Source of the DNA: Amphiscolops sp. MND2022
Lineage: Eukaryota
DNA: 64,000 nt
Direction of reading: 5' to 3'
Assembly (NCBI GenBank): GCA_964187785.1
Contig: OZ076420.1
Location: forward strand, 40,424,001 to 40,488,000
Shown: positions 48,400 through 60,815 of the stretch, one piece after another
Numbering within the stretch: position 1 is the stretch's first letter
How the letters are laid out: every line of letters starts with the position of its first letter
Notes under the pieces: model-generated
Seen by the model: the letters and a program-made list of their open reading frames with translations, nothing else
Told to the model about the DNA's origin: nothing
Databases searched by the model: none
Translations under genes and position numbers: made by a program

Positions 48400-51100
48400 G
48401 ATCCAGTTTTGGTTGATTTTTGAACGCGGCATAAAGCAAGTTTTCTTGCATAGTTTAGGATCATTTTTGGTTTCAATTCATCACAATCTTCAAATGAAAG
48501 GATCGGTTTCAAACGAATAGGGTTATCGTGCCTTGGGTGACGCGGACGAAGTGGCAACATTTTCTGGTAGTGGTGAACTTGATGATAAATGTAGCCCACA
48601 AGGAGATGAAGGAGCATTGAGATGACGAAACTGACAGATCGAGGTGGTGAAATTTGACACGGAAGACAATTGTCTCCGAAGGAGGCGTTTTGAATCAACC
48701 ATTTTCATTGAAATTGGTTGCGCAAGAGCCTTGATATATTCGAAAAAGGATGTTTGAAACATGGTCAGAAATGTCACATCATGCTGGAGAGTGCGTATCA
48801 AGTCTAAATTCGCTGAGGTTTAAGTGTTGTAAATTGGCAACTCATCCAGAGGTGGCAAGACACTAAGTAAGTCGTCAAGAGCAGGCGGAACATCCACGTG
48901 AATGAATGTCGGAGGAACAATTCTACTGCTTGAGAGATCAGAGATGATAGTAAGGGCAGGTCCCGTAAGTTTATGACCACAGGCTAATGTGATAATGCAG
49001 ATGAGACAACCGTCATTGGAGGTGACTGGAAGCGACGACGGGGCATCTACATTAAATTCATACATTCTAAATTCATCAATGGCATGTTTGATTAGTCAAA
49101 TGCCATACTTAAGGTTAGTGGCGCGGGCCTTCGACGGAAGGACATGAGGTCGAACAGAACAAAATTTCATAGCATGCAAAAGTTTTTTTAAAGTTGGGTA
49201 TGGATAAGCATGAAGAGTCTCGTTCTGCCGTAGTTGAGCCATCGTGCCATATGCTATAACGAGAAGAACCTGAACATTGTTCGAGTTGAGAAGACAAAGT
49301 TGCAGTTTGACGACCATCGTCAGAAACAGCCGGAATCGATGCAGAAAGATCCCACATAATGGCGAATCCAGGGGAGTCCGGCTGGGGCAAAGGCAAAGGA
49401 ATGAACTCATAGACTGTAAAAGTCGTTTGTGAAGAAGCCAAAGAGATGGACATGGTCAAGAGCAGTCCATGTGGGAGTGTAATAACGTCACGCAATAGTT
49501 TTGCTTCGTAATAAGAAAAAATATCTTCAAAAAAAGAGCTAGAATCAAATGGTCAGTATCATAAATCTGGTTGTAATGTATAACTTTTATGACTTTTCGA
49601 AGAGACTCTCGATTGAGAAGCGACATGGGAACATAATCAAATAAATTCGCAGGAACACTATTGAACATATTGATATGATATGCAAAGAGCGCAGCTCTAT
49701 AGGTTTTAATGTTCAAATAGTATAACGAAAGAAGTGATGCAACTGTATCGAAGTTGATATTAACTTGTTGTCGAGAAAATAGGAGCTGATCACAATTGCG
49801 CATTTCATGTATAATTTTCCTAAAAATCTGTAGCTGTTCCGATATGAGTTTACAGTTAGCATTTTGAATGTCCTGCATTTGTTTTTGAATATCCCGTAAT
49901 GGCCTCTTTAGAACTTGCCAAGCCCGTGAAAATGCCCAAGCCATCGATCATCTGTTTGATATGTCAGAACAGATTTTTCTCCTGTGTCCATCACCGGAAA
50001 AATGCACCTGTAACGCTTTACTTACAACGAAAATCTTCGGATCTGGTGCATTTTTCCGGTGATGGACACTGGAGAAGATCTGTTCTGACATATCAAACAG
50101 ATGATCGATGGCTTGGGCATTTTCAGAACTTGCCAAGCCCGTGAAAATGCCCAAGCCATCGATCATCTGTTTGATATGTCAGAACAGATCTTCTCCAGTG
50201 TCCATCACCGGAAAAATGCACCTGTAACTCTTTACTTACAACGAAAATCTTCGGATCTGGTGCATTTTTCCGGTGATGGACACTGGAGAAGATCTGTTCT
50301 GACATATCAAACAGATGATCGATGGCTTGGGCATTTTCACGGGCTTGGCAAGTTCTAAAGATGCCTGCCATCCCACAATCACTAGTTCCGAGATTTATTC
50401 CTGATCCAAAAAGACCAATAGCGCCTGCAGCAATGGCTGCAAGAGGAAGGGCGCGTTTACTTCAATGTTGCGGTGCCTCATGTGTCGGTGGAGTCAAGAA
50501 AGAGGCGGTCTCAGTTTGGAGTTTGTGAAGGTCCAACTCGGCGGCTCGAATTTCCCTGTGAACTTCATCCAGAAGCCAATTTACGTTGAATACTTCCATA
50601 GAAAATTGAAAAGGTTATTGAGATGGCAGAAGAAACTGGGCATGTCTCACATTGTGGCGAAGTCGACGTGAGATCTTCCAGATCGTTTTTTGTTTGCATT
50701 GAGAACGTTGGGAATGGCAATAGAATTTGTATATGAATAAATTTTTCGGCCTTTATTTTTTTATTGCTCATGAAAAATGAAGCCTTTTTTGAGGGCTCCA
50801 TCAGTATCATCATAGGACGTGAAAGGATTTTGATAATGTGCCATTCGGGGCAAAAGTAAAAGAAAGAAAGTTCGCAATGTTCCAGTCATCAGCAGTGGTA
50901 TTTTGCATTGCGGCAGAGACACGCGAAGTCGAAAATTTGATATTTTGATACCGTAAAAGAAGCGAATTGAAATATCAACTTGTTTGGCAAAAGTGGTATG
51001 ATTTCGACGAGTGATCTAAAAGAAACGAAAATGAACAAATGGTCGAAAAATCAGGTGATCGAAACGTGAACAAAGTACACAGGATGTGTAAAGATTGAAA
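48400..51100 (-). pseudogene. env: Decayed env, class I fusion protein (F-like); limits approximate
   Basis: H*SKR/ALPLAAIAAGAIGLFGSG (50464-50400), heptad region, YEFIPLPLP...W...AVSDD...C, TM SFVISMLLHLLVGYIY. Confidence 0.75.
49905..50361. repeat. Tandemly duplicated fold-back inversion (X-s-X'-X-s-X')
   Basis: Arms about 80-103 bp, 36-bp spacer, period about 214-215 bp, near-identical copies. Confidence 0.95.
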
Positions 51101-54100
51101 GAATGTCTTAAAAAAAGTCAGGACATGAACGAAAATTCAAACAAAGAGAAAAGCATTTTGTTGTCTCATTTGCTTACAGTCAAGTTAAGTTTATTTCACT
51201 GATTATCTGAGTGTTGTTATTCTACATCTAAACGGAAAAGCTAATCTAAAGTAAGTCAAGTCTAATGTTTGATCGAGTCTTTCAGAATCTTTGTGTAAAA
51301 CAAAAAATACTGTGTGAGCAAGTCTCAGTCGGCGAGTATATGTTGTCTTGTTGTCCTGAAAAGACTTATGTGAGGAGGAGGACGGGCCATCTTCTGTCTT
51401 TCAGACCTGAGCGAGATCCAGCGTGCCCCCAACTGTGACCAGCAGTGAGCACACGCACTGAGCAAGATCTGTTTGGATGTGTTGTAACAGTGGGAGTCGT
51501 CATAACAATCTGTATCATAGTAATGTATATAGCATTGTATATACTTAATTATTATCAACGAAGAACACCTCCAGTCGACAAGTGTAGGAGACGTGCCAGA
51601 TTGCAGGGGGATCAAGGTGTGGGGCTAAAAGCCGTCACAACTCAACCCCAATAGGATGGAAGAAAAAATGGAAAAAACGAAAAAAAATCGAGTCAGATAC
51701 AAAGAAGAAATAAAGGAAGCACTATGTACGGAAGAAGAAAACAGAAAAGGCAACAAACGAAGCAAAAAAAGACGACAAACTTGATAGAGAAGAAAACCCA
51801 AACATGAACAGAGACTGTATAGTGCCTGAAAAAACGATCTGAAAAATGAAAAAAAATTCTAGTAATCAGAGATTCTGATATTTGTTTTATTTCTACATTG
51901 ATCAAATTAGAGCTCGTACCATTTGTCAACAGTGAAACTTTCGAATAACAATAGTTCTTGAGAGCGTTCTTAGGGGTAGTTTTACAAATGACTATATGCC
52001 ATATGAGAATAATATCTTGTTTCGAATGAATAAGTTTTGTTGTGTATGTTTCATCAGACGTCAATAAAATGGATCCCTATTTGAGAAAGGCATGTGAAAA
52101 ATGGCCTGTGGAGGGTGTTCTTGATAAAAAGGCGCTCCACACAGGCGATAAACATGAGAACTTTAGGAAATTCTGCTGAAGTTTGAGCTTTGAAATTGAC
52201 GTTCTTATGTACAAAGGAAGACATCCATTGTAAAGAAAATTGTGCCAACTCCGGAGCAAGTCTGGGACGCCCTTGACCCCATACATCGAGGCACGGAAAG
52301 CATGTCTGTCACGAGCAGACACTGGTAAGGGCACTGTCTGGAGCAGGGTTTGCTTTTCCTATTGCGAACGGGGATTATCGTCTTTAGTAAAAAAATAAGT
52401 CTCTATGTGTACAAAACACCGAATAGGCCTAGGAATAAAACACTAAATGTAAAGAATGCAATGTTCTAGATTCATCCGAAACTGTGAGATTCGTTACTTT
52501 AAGGACATAATCAACAAAAGTCAACGATGTTTTTGTCTCAGTGGAACGTAGGAAGGAGCTGTGTAAGCAGTTTAACTATCTTGCTACTGGGAGGAAGGAC
52601 ATTCGGGGCGCCCAAAAAAGAAGCAAGCTGTGGGTTGGCTTGCGGAAGTGGAAGTGAGTGCTGGTTTTCCAGCATATATCATTTGCTGGTCGGCAGAAAG
52701 GCTGGTGAGACATGAAACAAATTTTTTGAAAGAATATATAGGTAAGAGAGAACGCATGCGGGCAATGTTTCAGAGAAAAGTGGTAGCAGTGAGAGCAAGA
52801 AGTGTCGCGGTCTACGGATTGCGACCATGCAAGCCATGCGAACCACGGCTTTCAAACAGTTCTCCTGGGGCGATTTAGGAAGCGCACCCAAAGACTTCCA
52901 AAAGCAGGAATCTGAGAAAACCGGGGACCAGATCTCAGAAGCGACCGTAAGCAATGGCTATAATAAAATTCGATGCTAGGGGGAAAAGGAGAAGAAGAAA
53001 CTCAAAATGACTAGTATGTGGTGTTTCAGATGTTAGCGACCGCTTGGGTGCTACAAACAGACATTGTAGCACACTGGCAGTACAACCTCGAGCTTACGTT
53101 CTGCTTACGGGGCCACTTTTCTGTGCCACGTAATAAAGGGGGTCAGGCTACACAAAAGCATTACACTGTGAGCCCATACCGGAGTATCCGAGCCAGAGTT
53201 TATAAATATGCATAAAAATCAATGTATATCTGAAAGTAAAAACGATAAAATCGGCTATGTTTGACAGAAAATCGGCATCTGGAAGGGGGAGGCCACCACC
53301 GGTACATCTCTGCGAGAGCCACGACCACGACGATGAGGCCGGGCCTAGTAACGGTCATCAAAAAAGAAAGAACTTGACATTTTTGTGAAGAAGAATGAGG
53401 AAAACTCCAAATTTAAATTTCTGACATAAAAGTGGAGAAAAAGGGTGAAAACGTGTCATATGGAATGGGAGGGAATCAAAAATGATGAAAATGGAAAAGA
53501 TTAGAAGCGGAAGGGCAAGAAGAGACCCTATGGTCAACGAAAAAATCGAAAAACATGCAAAAATAGGGTGTTTTTGGGATATTTACAGGTATGAGCAGAG
53601 GCGGTCAAAATCCTCCCTAGAATTTTTTTTACATTCTTTCAATCGATTCCGGATTTTTTGCATTAATCAAATTCTGGGGTCAATTGAGGAAGGGTCACCA
53701 AAGCATTTTGCTGAAAAACGATTTTTCGTGAAATGGCATAGGATTTTCGGAGGTCAAAACTGGGTCTTTTTTGAAGGGCAACTTTGCCTGGTTTTGATTC
53801 AATTTAGAAAAACTAAATGAGGGTCCCATTAGGGGCGGCCAATGTGGGAAGCTACTAGGCAACACACAGAACAAAATGGAGAAAAAAGAGTTGAGTTACC
53901 TAGAGCAAAAATGGAAAAATTTGCAATTTTGGATACAGTTCAGACAAAAATCGCTGAAATTCGGCGAAAATTCAGATATTGCCAAGGCTTAGTCGAAAAA
54001 GAAACCAGTTTTCTTCGGCTTCGGGCGTAGCCGAGGGTTGCGACGTTCCATGGGGTTACGGAGCGCAGCGGCTTGAGCTTCTAAACGACTAGCTTCTTGG

Positions 54101-55017
54101 TCGCGTAGACGTTCAAGACGGTTAAAATTCTGTATGCGCTCAGCTAGAGTTCGTGAAGGATATACAAAGTGACCATAAGAGTCACATAAACAAGGCATCA
54201 GGGGGGTGTGGCTATGTTCCACAGTCAGAAGTACCTGGAGGTGCAGGTTCCAATCATGGGACCTCGTTAGAAGATGCGTAACTAAGACCTTGAGAAGGAG
54301 AAATCACGGAAGATGGCGGCTGAGAATGAATGGGAGTCGAAGTCTGAAAACCCTGCAAAGGGGGCGCAGGTGTGGATGAGGGGACGAAGTGGGGTGAGGA
54401 AAAACCGGGTGATGTTGGGGTTAAGGGTCGTGGTATCCGTGACACAAAAGGTCGTTGATAGGCTTGAGATACAGGAGGTCTAACGTTCGAAGGTAAAAAT
54501 TGGAGATCACAAGAGCCTGAAAGAATAGGAATGCAAGGATCATGCGAGGGGGAAGGATCCAGTATAGGCTGAGCTCGTTCAAAAAGCGATTCCGAAAACC
54601 CAGAAAATGAAGAAGAGGAGTTAGTTGAGAATTTGAGAATGAAGAGGGGTATACTTTTTGATCAGAATGGCTAATAGGTATAGGTGTGGCTGTTGTCAAA
54701 AACGTTGAAGACGTCGGGACAGTCACCTGAGGGACAGCGGCAACTGTGTACATAACCTAAGAAGCTGAAGGAGGAGGTGCCAAGGTACTTACTCGAAGGA
54801 TATCGGCAAGAGTTCTTTCTGTTCCGAAAAACGGAAGTTCACTATGAAAAGGGGGTGGAGATCGTGGTGCCGGTACGACCGGTGGGGGTGGCGGTCTTAA
54901 ACGACGAGGGGCATAACAAAATAGTACCGCAGGTTGCTCCTAAGAGTCAGGAGGGCGAGAAAAAGTGCGGTCCGTTAGAAGATCAGGCAACGCGTTATCA
55001 AAAAGAGTAGGTTCGCA

Positions 55018-58000
55018 TTAATGACTGGTAATGGTGTTCGGAATGAAACTATTTGAGTGGATTACGGGCAAATCCGCAAACTCATTTTGTGGTGTGATCT
55101 TTCGGAGTCGAATGTGATGAACGCATTGAGTATTATTCGAGGCCACATTCCTAGTGATGTAGTTAGAATTAGTTAACACGGTTTCTACTCGGTAAAGTGG
55201 CAACCATTTGGCAAGGGACTTTCCCATTGGATCATTAACAGTTGTGAATTGTGGATTCAACAAAAGGCAGTATTGATGTTTCTTCAAAGGTAACGCTGAC
55301 ACTTTTCTGTCATAAAAGTGACGATATTTGTTGTACGAGGAAATCGTGGCGTCGTGTGCCGCGGAGAATACCTCATTCATCTTGTCTTGTAATCCTCTTA
55401 TGAACGTATAGCGTGTTTCTAGATTTTGTATTGTTTTGTTATTGAAGCGTAGGTCTAGCGGCGTTATTGGCTGGCGTCCGTGAATAAAAAATGTTGTCGT
55501 GCATCCTATGGAGGCGTGATAAGATGTATTTTGTACGAAAAGACTGCTAAGTCAACAGAATTGTGCCAATCATGCTTGCTTTTATGTTCGTAAATCCCAA
55601 GATATTGTTTAAGAGAGGCATGAGTGCGCTCTAATGATCCGATAGTTTCTAGATGCTTGACTGTAGCGTACTCAAGTTTAACTTCAAGTAACCAAAAAGG
55701 TACTTTCATGACAAGTGCCGTAAATTGAGTACCCAAATCTGAGAGTATGATTTTAGGGATGCAGGACGTTCGAAGAAAAATTTGAAGGAATTGCTTAGCT
55801 ACGTTTGATGCGCTGGCGTTACGCAGCGGAGTAGCGAACATGTGTTTGGAAAATCTTTTGCTGTTAAAATAAAGCTAAAACCAGCGGATTCCGGGAGTTT
55901 ATCAACAGGATCAATCTGCAAAAGATCTCCGGGAAAACATTGGTCAATAGCTAGTGAAAAGAGCTGTGGTTTTAGGGTTGCATGTTTAACAAGTTTGACT
56001 TGTAAACAAGAAGAGCAGTTTTTTATGTAGTCAGTTAAAAGCTCAACGAAGTTATGAAAGTAACAATACTGACGAAAAAGGGTGGCAGTTTTGGCAATTC
56101 CACAATGTCCAGCATATTTGCTATTATGAACGCGATAAAGGATTTCGTTTCGCATGTGCTGGGGAACGACATACTGTCGTATTTCAATGCGACCCGTCTG
56201 GTTGTAAAATTTACGGTATAAATTGCCATTATGCTTTTCGAGACGATCAAAAAGTTTGAGATATTTCATGAGTTCCGAATTTAGATAATGCGATGAAGAT
56301 GGTGGTCCGGTTGCTAACCACTGTACTGTTACGATATTCTGATCTCTCTGTTGCTCATTCCGTATGTTAAGAGTGTTTTGTTTATCGGTAAGGTCGAAAA
56401 ACTTGAAAGGATTATGTTCTTGTAAGGCATTCAATTCAGGACAGTATTTTCGCAAATTATCTGGAGTCAAAAAAATCTCACAATCAAGACGTACACTGCT
56501 AAATGAATTGTGTGGTACCTGCATACCCATTTTAAATGTGACTCCTCGGACAGGTAATTTCGATTCGAAGCGCATTTGAACTTTGGAGTGAGGATTTTTC
56601 CACGAATTTATCCAAACACAAAGTTGAAATTTAGGACGTGAAAGAACACACGACCACAGATTAGAAGGAATGGTTTTTGCTTGGAAAAATCTACTAAGGC
56701 ATTTAGCACTAAAACTGGTTATGTACTTTCCCAAAGTATGTGAGCAAAATGTCAAACGCAAAATGGACAGCAAAAAACTCTTTAGCGTAGATTGGTAGAT
56801 TGACAGTTCTAAGTACGGCGGAGTAAATTTTTTTGATTTTTGAACGACACCGGAACATACGTTTTGAAGGTTTTGCCCGACTGGTCAGTGAACTAGTCCT
56901 CAATCATTAACACATAACCAGCAGCATAAAAACTGGCATCCGTGAGGATGACGTATTGGGCATTCGTTTTCTGTAGTCTAAGCGACATATTGCAAGCTTG
57001 TTCCAAATCTTTTCGCAGTTGGTTTGTGGATTCGAAGTGTTTCTCTGTCAATTTAATTTCTGTTTCAGAACCTAAGAGACGGTAGAAGGGAAGTAATTTC
57101 TTACCCAAGCCCAAACAGTTGTTCGACAGTTTTAGGAGTCTTCAGCGTTGATATAATATCTGAAACTTTGGTTTTGTTAGGAGACATTTTAGTTGCTTTC
57201 ACTAGAAACGGTATTGCTCAGAAACGTCATTTCTATTGGGCCCAATTCGCACATAGAAGGGCTGAATTTGAGACCAGTTTCTGCTGTACTTTCGAAAATA
57301 GCAGTAAGGTTGTCCAAAAATTGTTCAAACGTAAAGGCAGCTGTTCCCAGGTCATCTACATACTGGAAACACTGATCTGCGATAATGCATTGATACAGAT
57401 ACTTACGCATAAAAGAACTAAAGGCAGTAAGGGAACAACTTAGGCCTTGCACAAGACGTAAATATGCAAACGTTCGGGACAAGAAATTGAAAGAAAGAAG
57501 CTGGACTGAAAGAGGGTCAGCCATCAGTAAAACACGATAATCCTGATTACAGTCCAGTTTGGCAAAAACGTTTTCCCAGCTTAGTGTGTATAACCTTCCG
57601 CAAGAGTAGCGATGGGGATATTGTGATTGTCATAGTCGTGACGTATAAGGTAGTTTATACGTCTCAAATCCACAAGAAGACGTAATTTGCCTGAGGGTTT
57701 GCGTACCGCAAAAATTGGAGTAGAGTCTTTTGAATACTGCAAGGTTGTAATGACACCCCAATACTGAAGAAGCGCGAGTTCGACTAGAATTTCATCTCGC
57801 AAATGAAATGGAGTTGGAGGTCCCTGCGTGTACACGGGCTTGTCGTTTTCGGGTATTAGATTAATGGTTTCCACCCACCGATTTATAAGCGATGTCGTTC
57901 AAAAATATGGTGGTAGCGGTGTAAAAGGTCTTCTACTTGTTGTTTTGATAAGAATCTAACACTGAATTTGCCCACGGAAACTGGGCCAAGAAGTTTTTAC

Positions 58001-58900
58001 GGTCTTCAGGATTTGTAACTGGATCTGTTTTTTCTTGTTTTTTGAGTTTGGCTATTCCTTCAAAAATGCGTGTGTTAATTCCTTCTAGATTTTCCGGATT
58101 CGGGCAGTTTTTTAGCGTTGAAAACCAATGTTCACCAGAGGACATGTTTGACGGTGTGGTTGTATCGGAATTTAATATTTAAAGAATACCTAGTCAAAGC
58201 TTACTTTAGTTTGTGCTAACATTAAAGTAAATAGTCAGAAGTACTGGGTTTACTGGTTGTAAGTAATCCGCATGTTTTGCAGTGAGAATGGTAATACGCG
58301 CAATTGACGTGTTTTTGGGAATGGTGACTTTATGGGAGAAAACTTTGATAACTCCGATTGAAACTTTATTATCCTTGTTCAATTTGACATTAGCGCTAGT
58401 GACGCATAGTCCCGTTTCTTTTTCGAACTTGGGACTTGGTTCTACCATGGTTACTCTACCGTCTGGAAATGTGACGTGATTTAAGGAAAGAGTTACAATT
58501 TCGGTAGCACTGGGATTGACAGTAAAAGATTGGTGTGTTTTCATAAACAAATTTACTTTTGGCGTGAGAGCACTAATTTTACCATCCTTAAGGATCCGTT
58601 CTGTTAGTTGATGTCATTCTTTTCGAAAAATGGTAGTCCCAAAATTGTTTGATTCTTAGAGCGTAGGATGAGAAAGGTTCAAAAGAAGATTTGTTTTCTA
58701 TTTTAAATGTAGCTGTGAAAAAACCGCAATTTGAAATTGCAGTACCACTAGCAACTCTTACAGTGGTACTGGTAGGGTTATAGTTGGAGATAAGACTAGG
58801 ACAAGCGGTTTTGAGTTTATCAAAAGTACTATGGGCATAGCACTAGAAAAAGCACCAGTGTCTATGAAGGCTTTAACTGAGAATGAACAGTTTATAGGTA
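55018..58900 (-). pseudogene. pol: Decayed pol of Gypsy element 2; limits approximate
   Basis: FIDTGAFSS, KPSGKLRLLVDLRRIN, YVDD, ILTDASFYAAG, KEFFAVHFA, HNSKYAGHCG...CSSC, SDLGTQFT, LERTH. Confidence 0.92.
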
Positions 58901-59099
58901 CAGAAAAAGGTGAGGTGCGAGGCCTTGTAGATAAGAAATTAATATGAGGAAAATAAGAAATGGAGAGTGAAGCGGTTCTGTGTGGCTCACCTGTTTTTTG
59001 TTGGCTCATGGAATTGTCTGCCGTATATAAGTAGTTGGCGTCATACGTTGGAGGTAATTGTTTGTTGCGTGGGCAGTGGTGGTGTCGTGTACAGGTTAT

Positions 59100-60400
59100 T
59101 GACATGTGGCGCGGGTGCATAAGTTTGTGCATTCACTTGTTGTAAGGGCAACGCAGGTTGTCCACGTTGTTGTTCTCGCAGGCTGGGTGTCCAAATTTTT
59201 TGCAATTGTTAATGCAGACGGTCAGATTGGAGTCTGTATTGATTATTCCAAGGGCTCGTCCACCGCGCCAGTTTTGCCGATTGTTTGGTTGTATCAGCCT
59301 TGGTATCGGAAGTTGTTGCCTCTGTAATTAACACGGTAGTTTCCACGATTAATTCCTCTATATTTACCTCTGTAGTTTCCTCGATAGTTACATCTGTTAT
59401 TGGAGGTGTTTTGGTTTGCATTGTTTTGGTTGTCAGTAGACATCTCATTCAAGGAGGCCAAATTGAGGTTCTTGCTCAGTTCCTTATGTTCGTTGGTAAT
59501 TTTCGTTGTTTCTGTATTAACTTCCGTTTGGGCTTTCGCAAATTCTTCAATGCCTGCGAAAAATTCCTTGGAGGATGTGCCTCTAATCTTTTTAAAAGCG
59601 CTGTCATCTTCTTCGGGGTAAAGCCGGTCTACAATCATACGGCTTGCTGCTTTTGCGCACAGTTCGTTCACCGTAGATTCTTCTGGTTGAGAGGAGAACG
59701 CGTCGTAACTTTATTGGCATCCCATTGATGAAGTTTTCCTTTATTCGTCGTGGTCTTTCATTCGCACGGTTTTCTGCTACTACTGCAGGGCGTCCACCTG
59801 CGGCAGATCCGGCTTGTATGTCAGGGTAGGCTTCAAGTGTCAATCTCTGAAGTTCAGATAGAAGATAGAAAGTCTCGAACACTTTCTTCAGAGGGTTGTA
59901 GCTTTCCTGCTTGAAATGTTAATTTTTGGAGCTGAATACGCTGATTATTTTTATATCGCGCACGCAAAGCTGTGACTGCATTGTCGTAGTGCTCTCGAGT
60001 AGCTTTAGCAAGCTGACCGAAAAAAGCAAGTGCTCTGCCTTTCAAATGTAAATGTAGGTAGGTATGTCGATTTGCGTCCGGAATTCCTGCGACTTGCATT
60101 CAGTTGTCTGAAGAATTCTTCAATATTTTCAGCCTCTGTGCTTTGAAAGGTTGTAAGTTAACAAATGGTTGTATTGCGGCCATTTTGTACTTGAAAGTAG
60201 ATGATGTTCAAGTTTTGCGAATAAAATTCGATAAGACTTCGATTACTTTGCGAATAAGTGTCGAAGTAGTGAAGGATTTTCTTTTAACCGACAGTTGACC
60301 AGGTATTGTATATTATTCAGTTTTGTCATTTTTTTCAGATGGAGAGAGGTCGAGTTGAGGAGTGCAATAATTTTAATTCCCCGGAGATTGGGTTATTCTG
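59100..60400 (-). pseudogene. gag: Decayed gag of Gypsy element 2; limits approximate
   Basis: YLHLHLKGRALAFF fragment, N/R/G-rich segment, degenerate knuckle CINNCKKFGHP. Confidence 0.75.
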
Positions 60401-60430
60401 GAGTTGGAGAAAGAAAGACTCCTGTCACCA

Positions 60431-60815
60431 TGTAATTACTTTTGTCGGCGAGCGTTAGTTCACTTTAGTTCTCAATTCAAATTCTAAGATTTGTGTTATT
60501 AGGTCTCAGCGAAATGTCTCCAATATGAAAAGCAAGAGAGCAAAGAATTAATACAAGTAATTATAAAACTCAAGTGTTTTCAAGTGACTGACAAAAGGTA
60601 TTGAGCGTAGAATTATGAGAATTGATTTAAGAGTATAAGTACTCTTCAACTAGTTTTATTGTCTCTGTACTCGTCTTGTGAGTTGTCGTGGTGCTGTATT
60701 TCTTATCGTTTGCTGGCCTTCTCTGATTGGTCAAGTGTTGTGATTCGTCCACATCTTCTTTAGGTATGTCCGCTGATCGATTTTTTGTGATAGATCCATG
60801 ATGAGAATCTTGACA
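60431..60815 (-). repeat. 5' LTR of Gypsy element 2
   Basis: Diverged direct repeat of 47202-47584; PBS follows directly. Confidence 0.93.

Larger units (their letters stand above)
47202..60815 (-). mobile_element. Full-length older Ty3/Gypsy LTR retrotransposon with class I env, 13.6 kb, heavily decayed
   Basis: LTRs 47202-47584 and 60431-60815 (TG...CA, roughly 85% identical); 5-bp TSD CTGGT; PBS TGGTGACAGGAG (tRNA-Leu-like, tentative); PPT GCGGGAAG. Confidence 0.95.

Noticed and set aside
49899-50371. Four similar short ORFs on both strands as a gene family
   Set aside because: Products of the inverted/tandem duplication in env.
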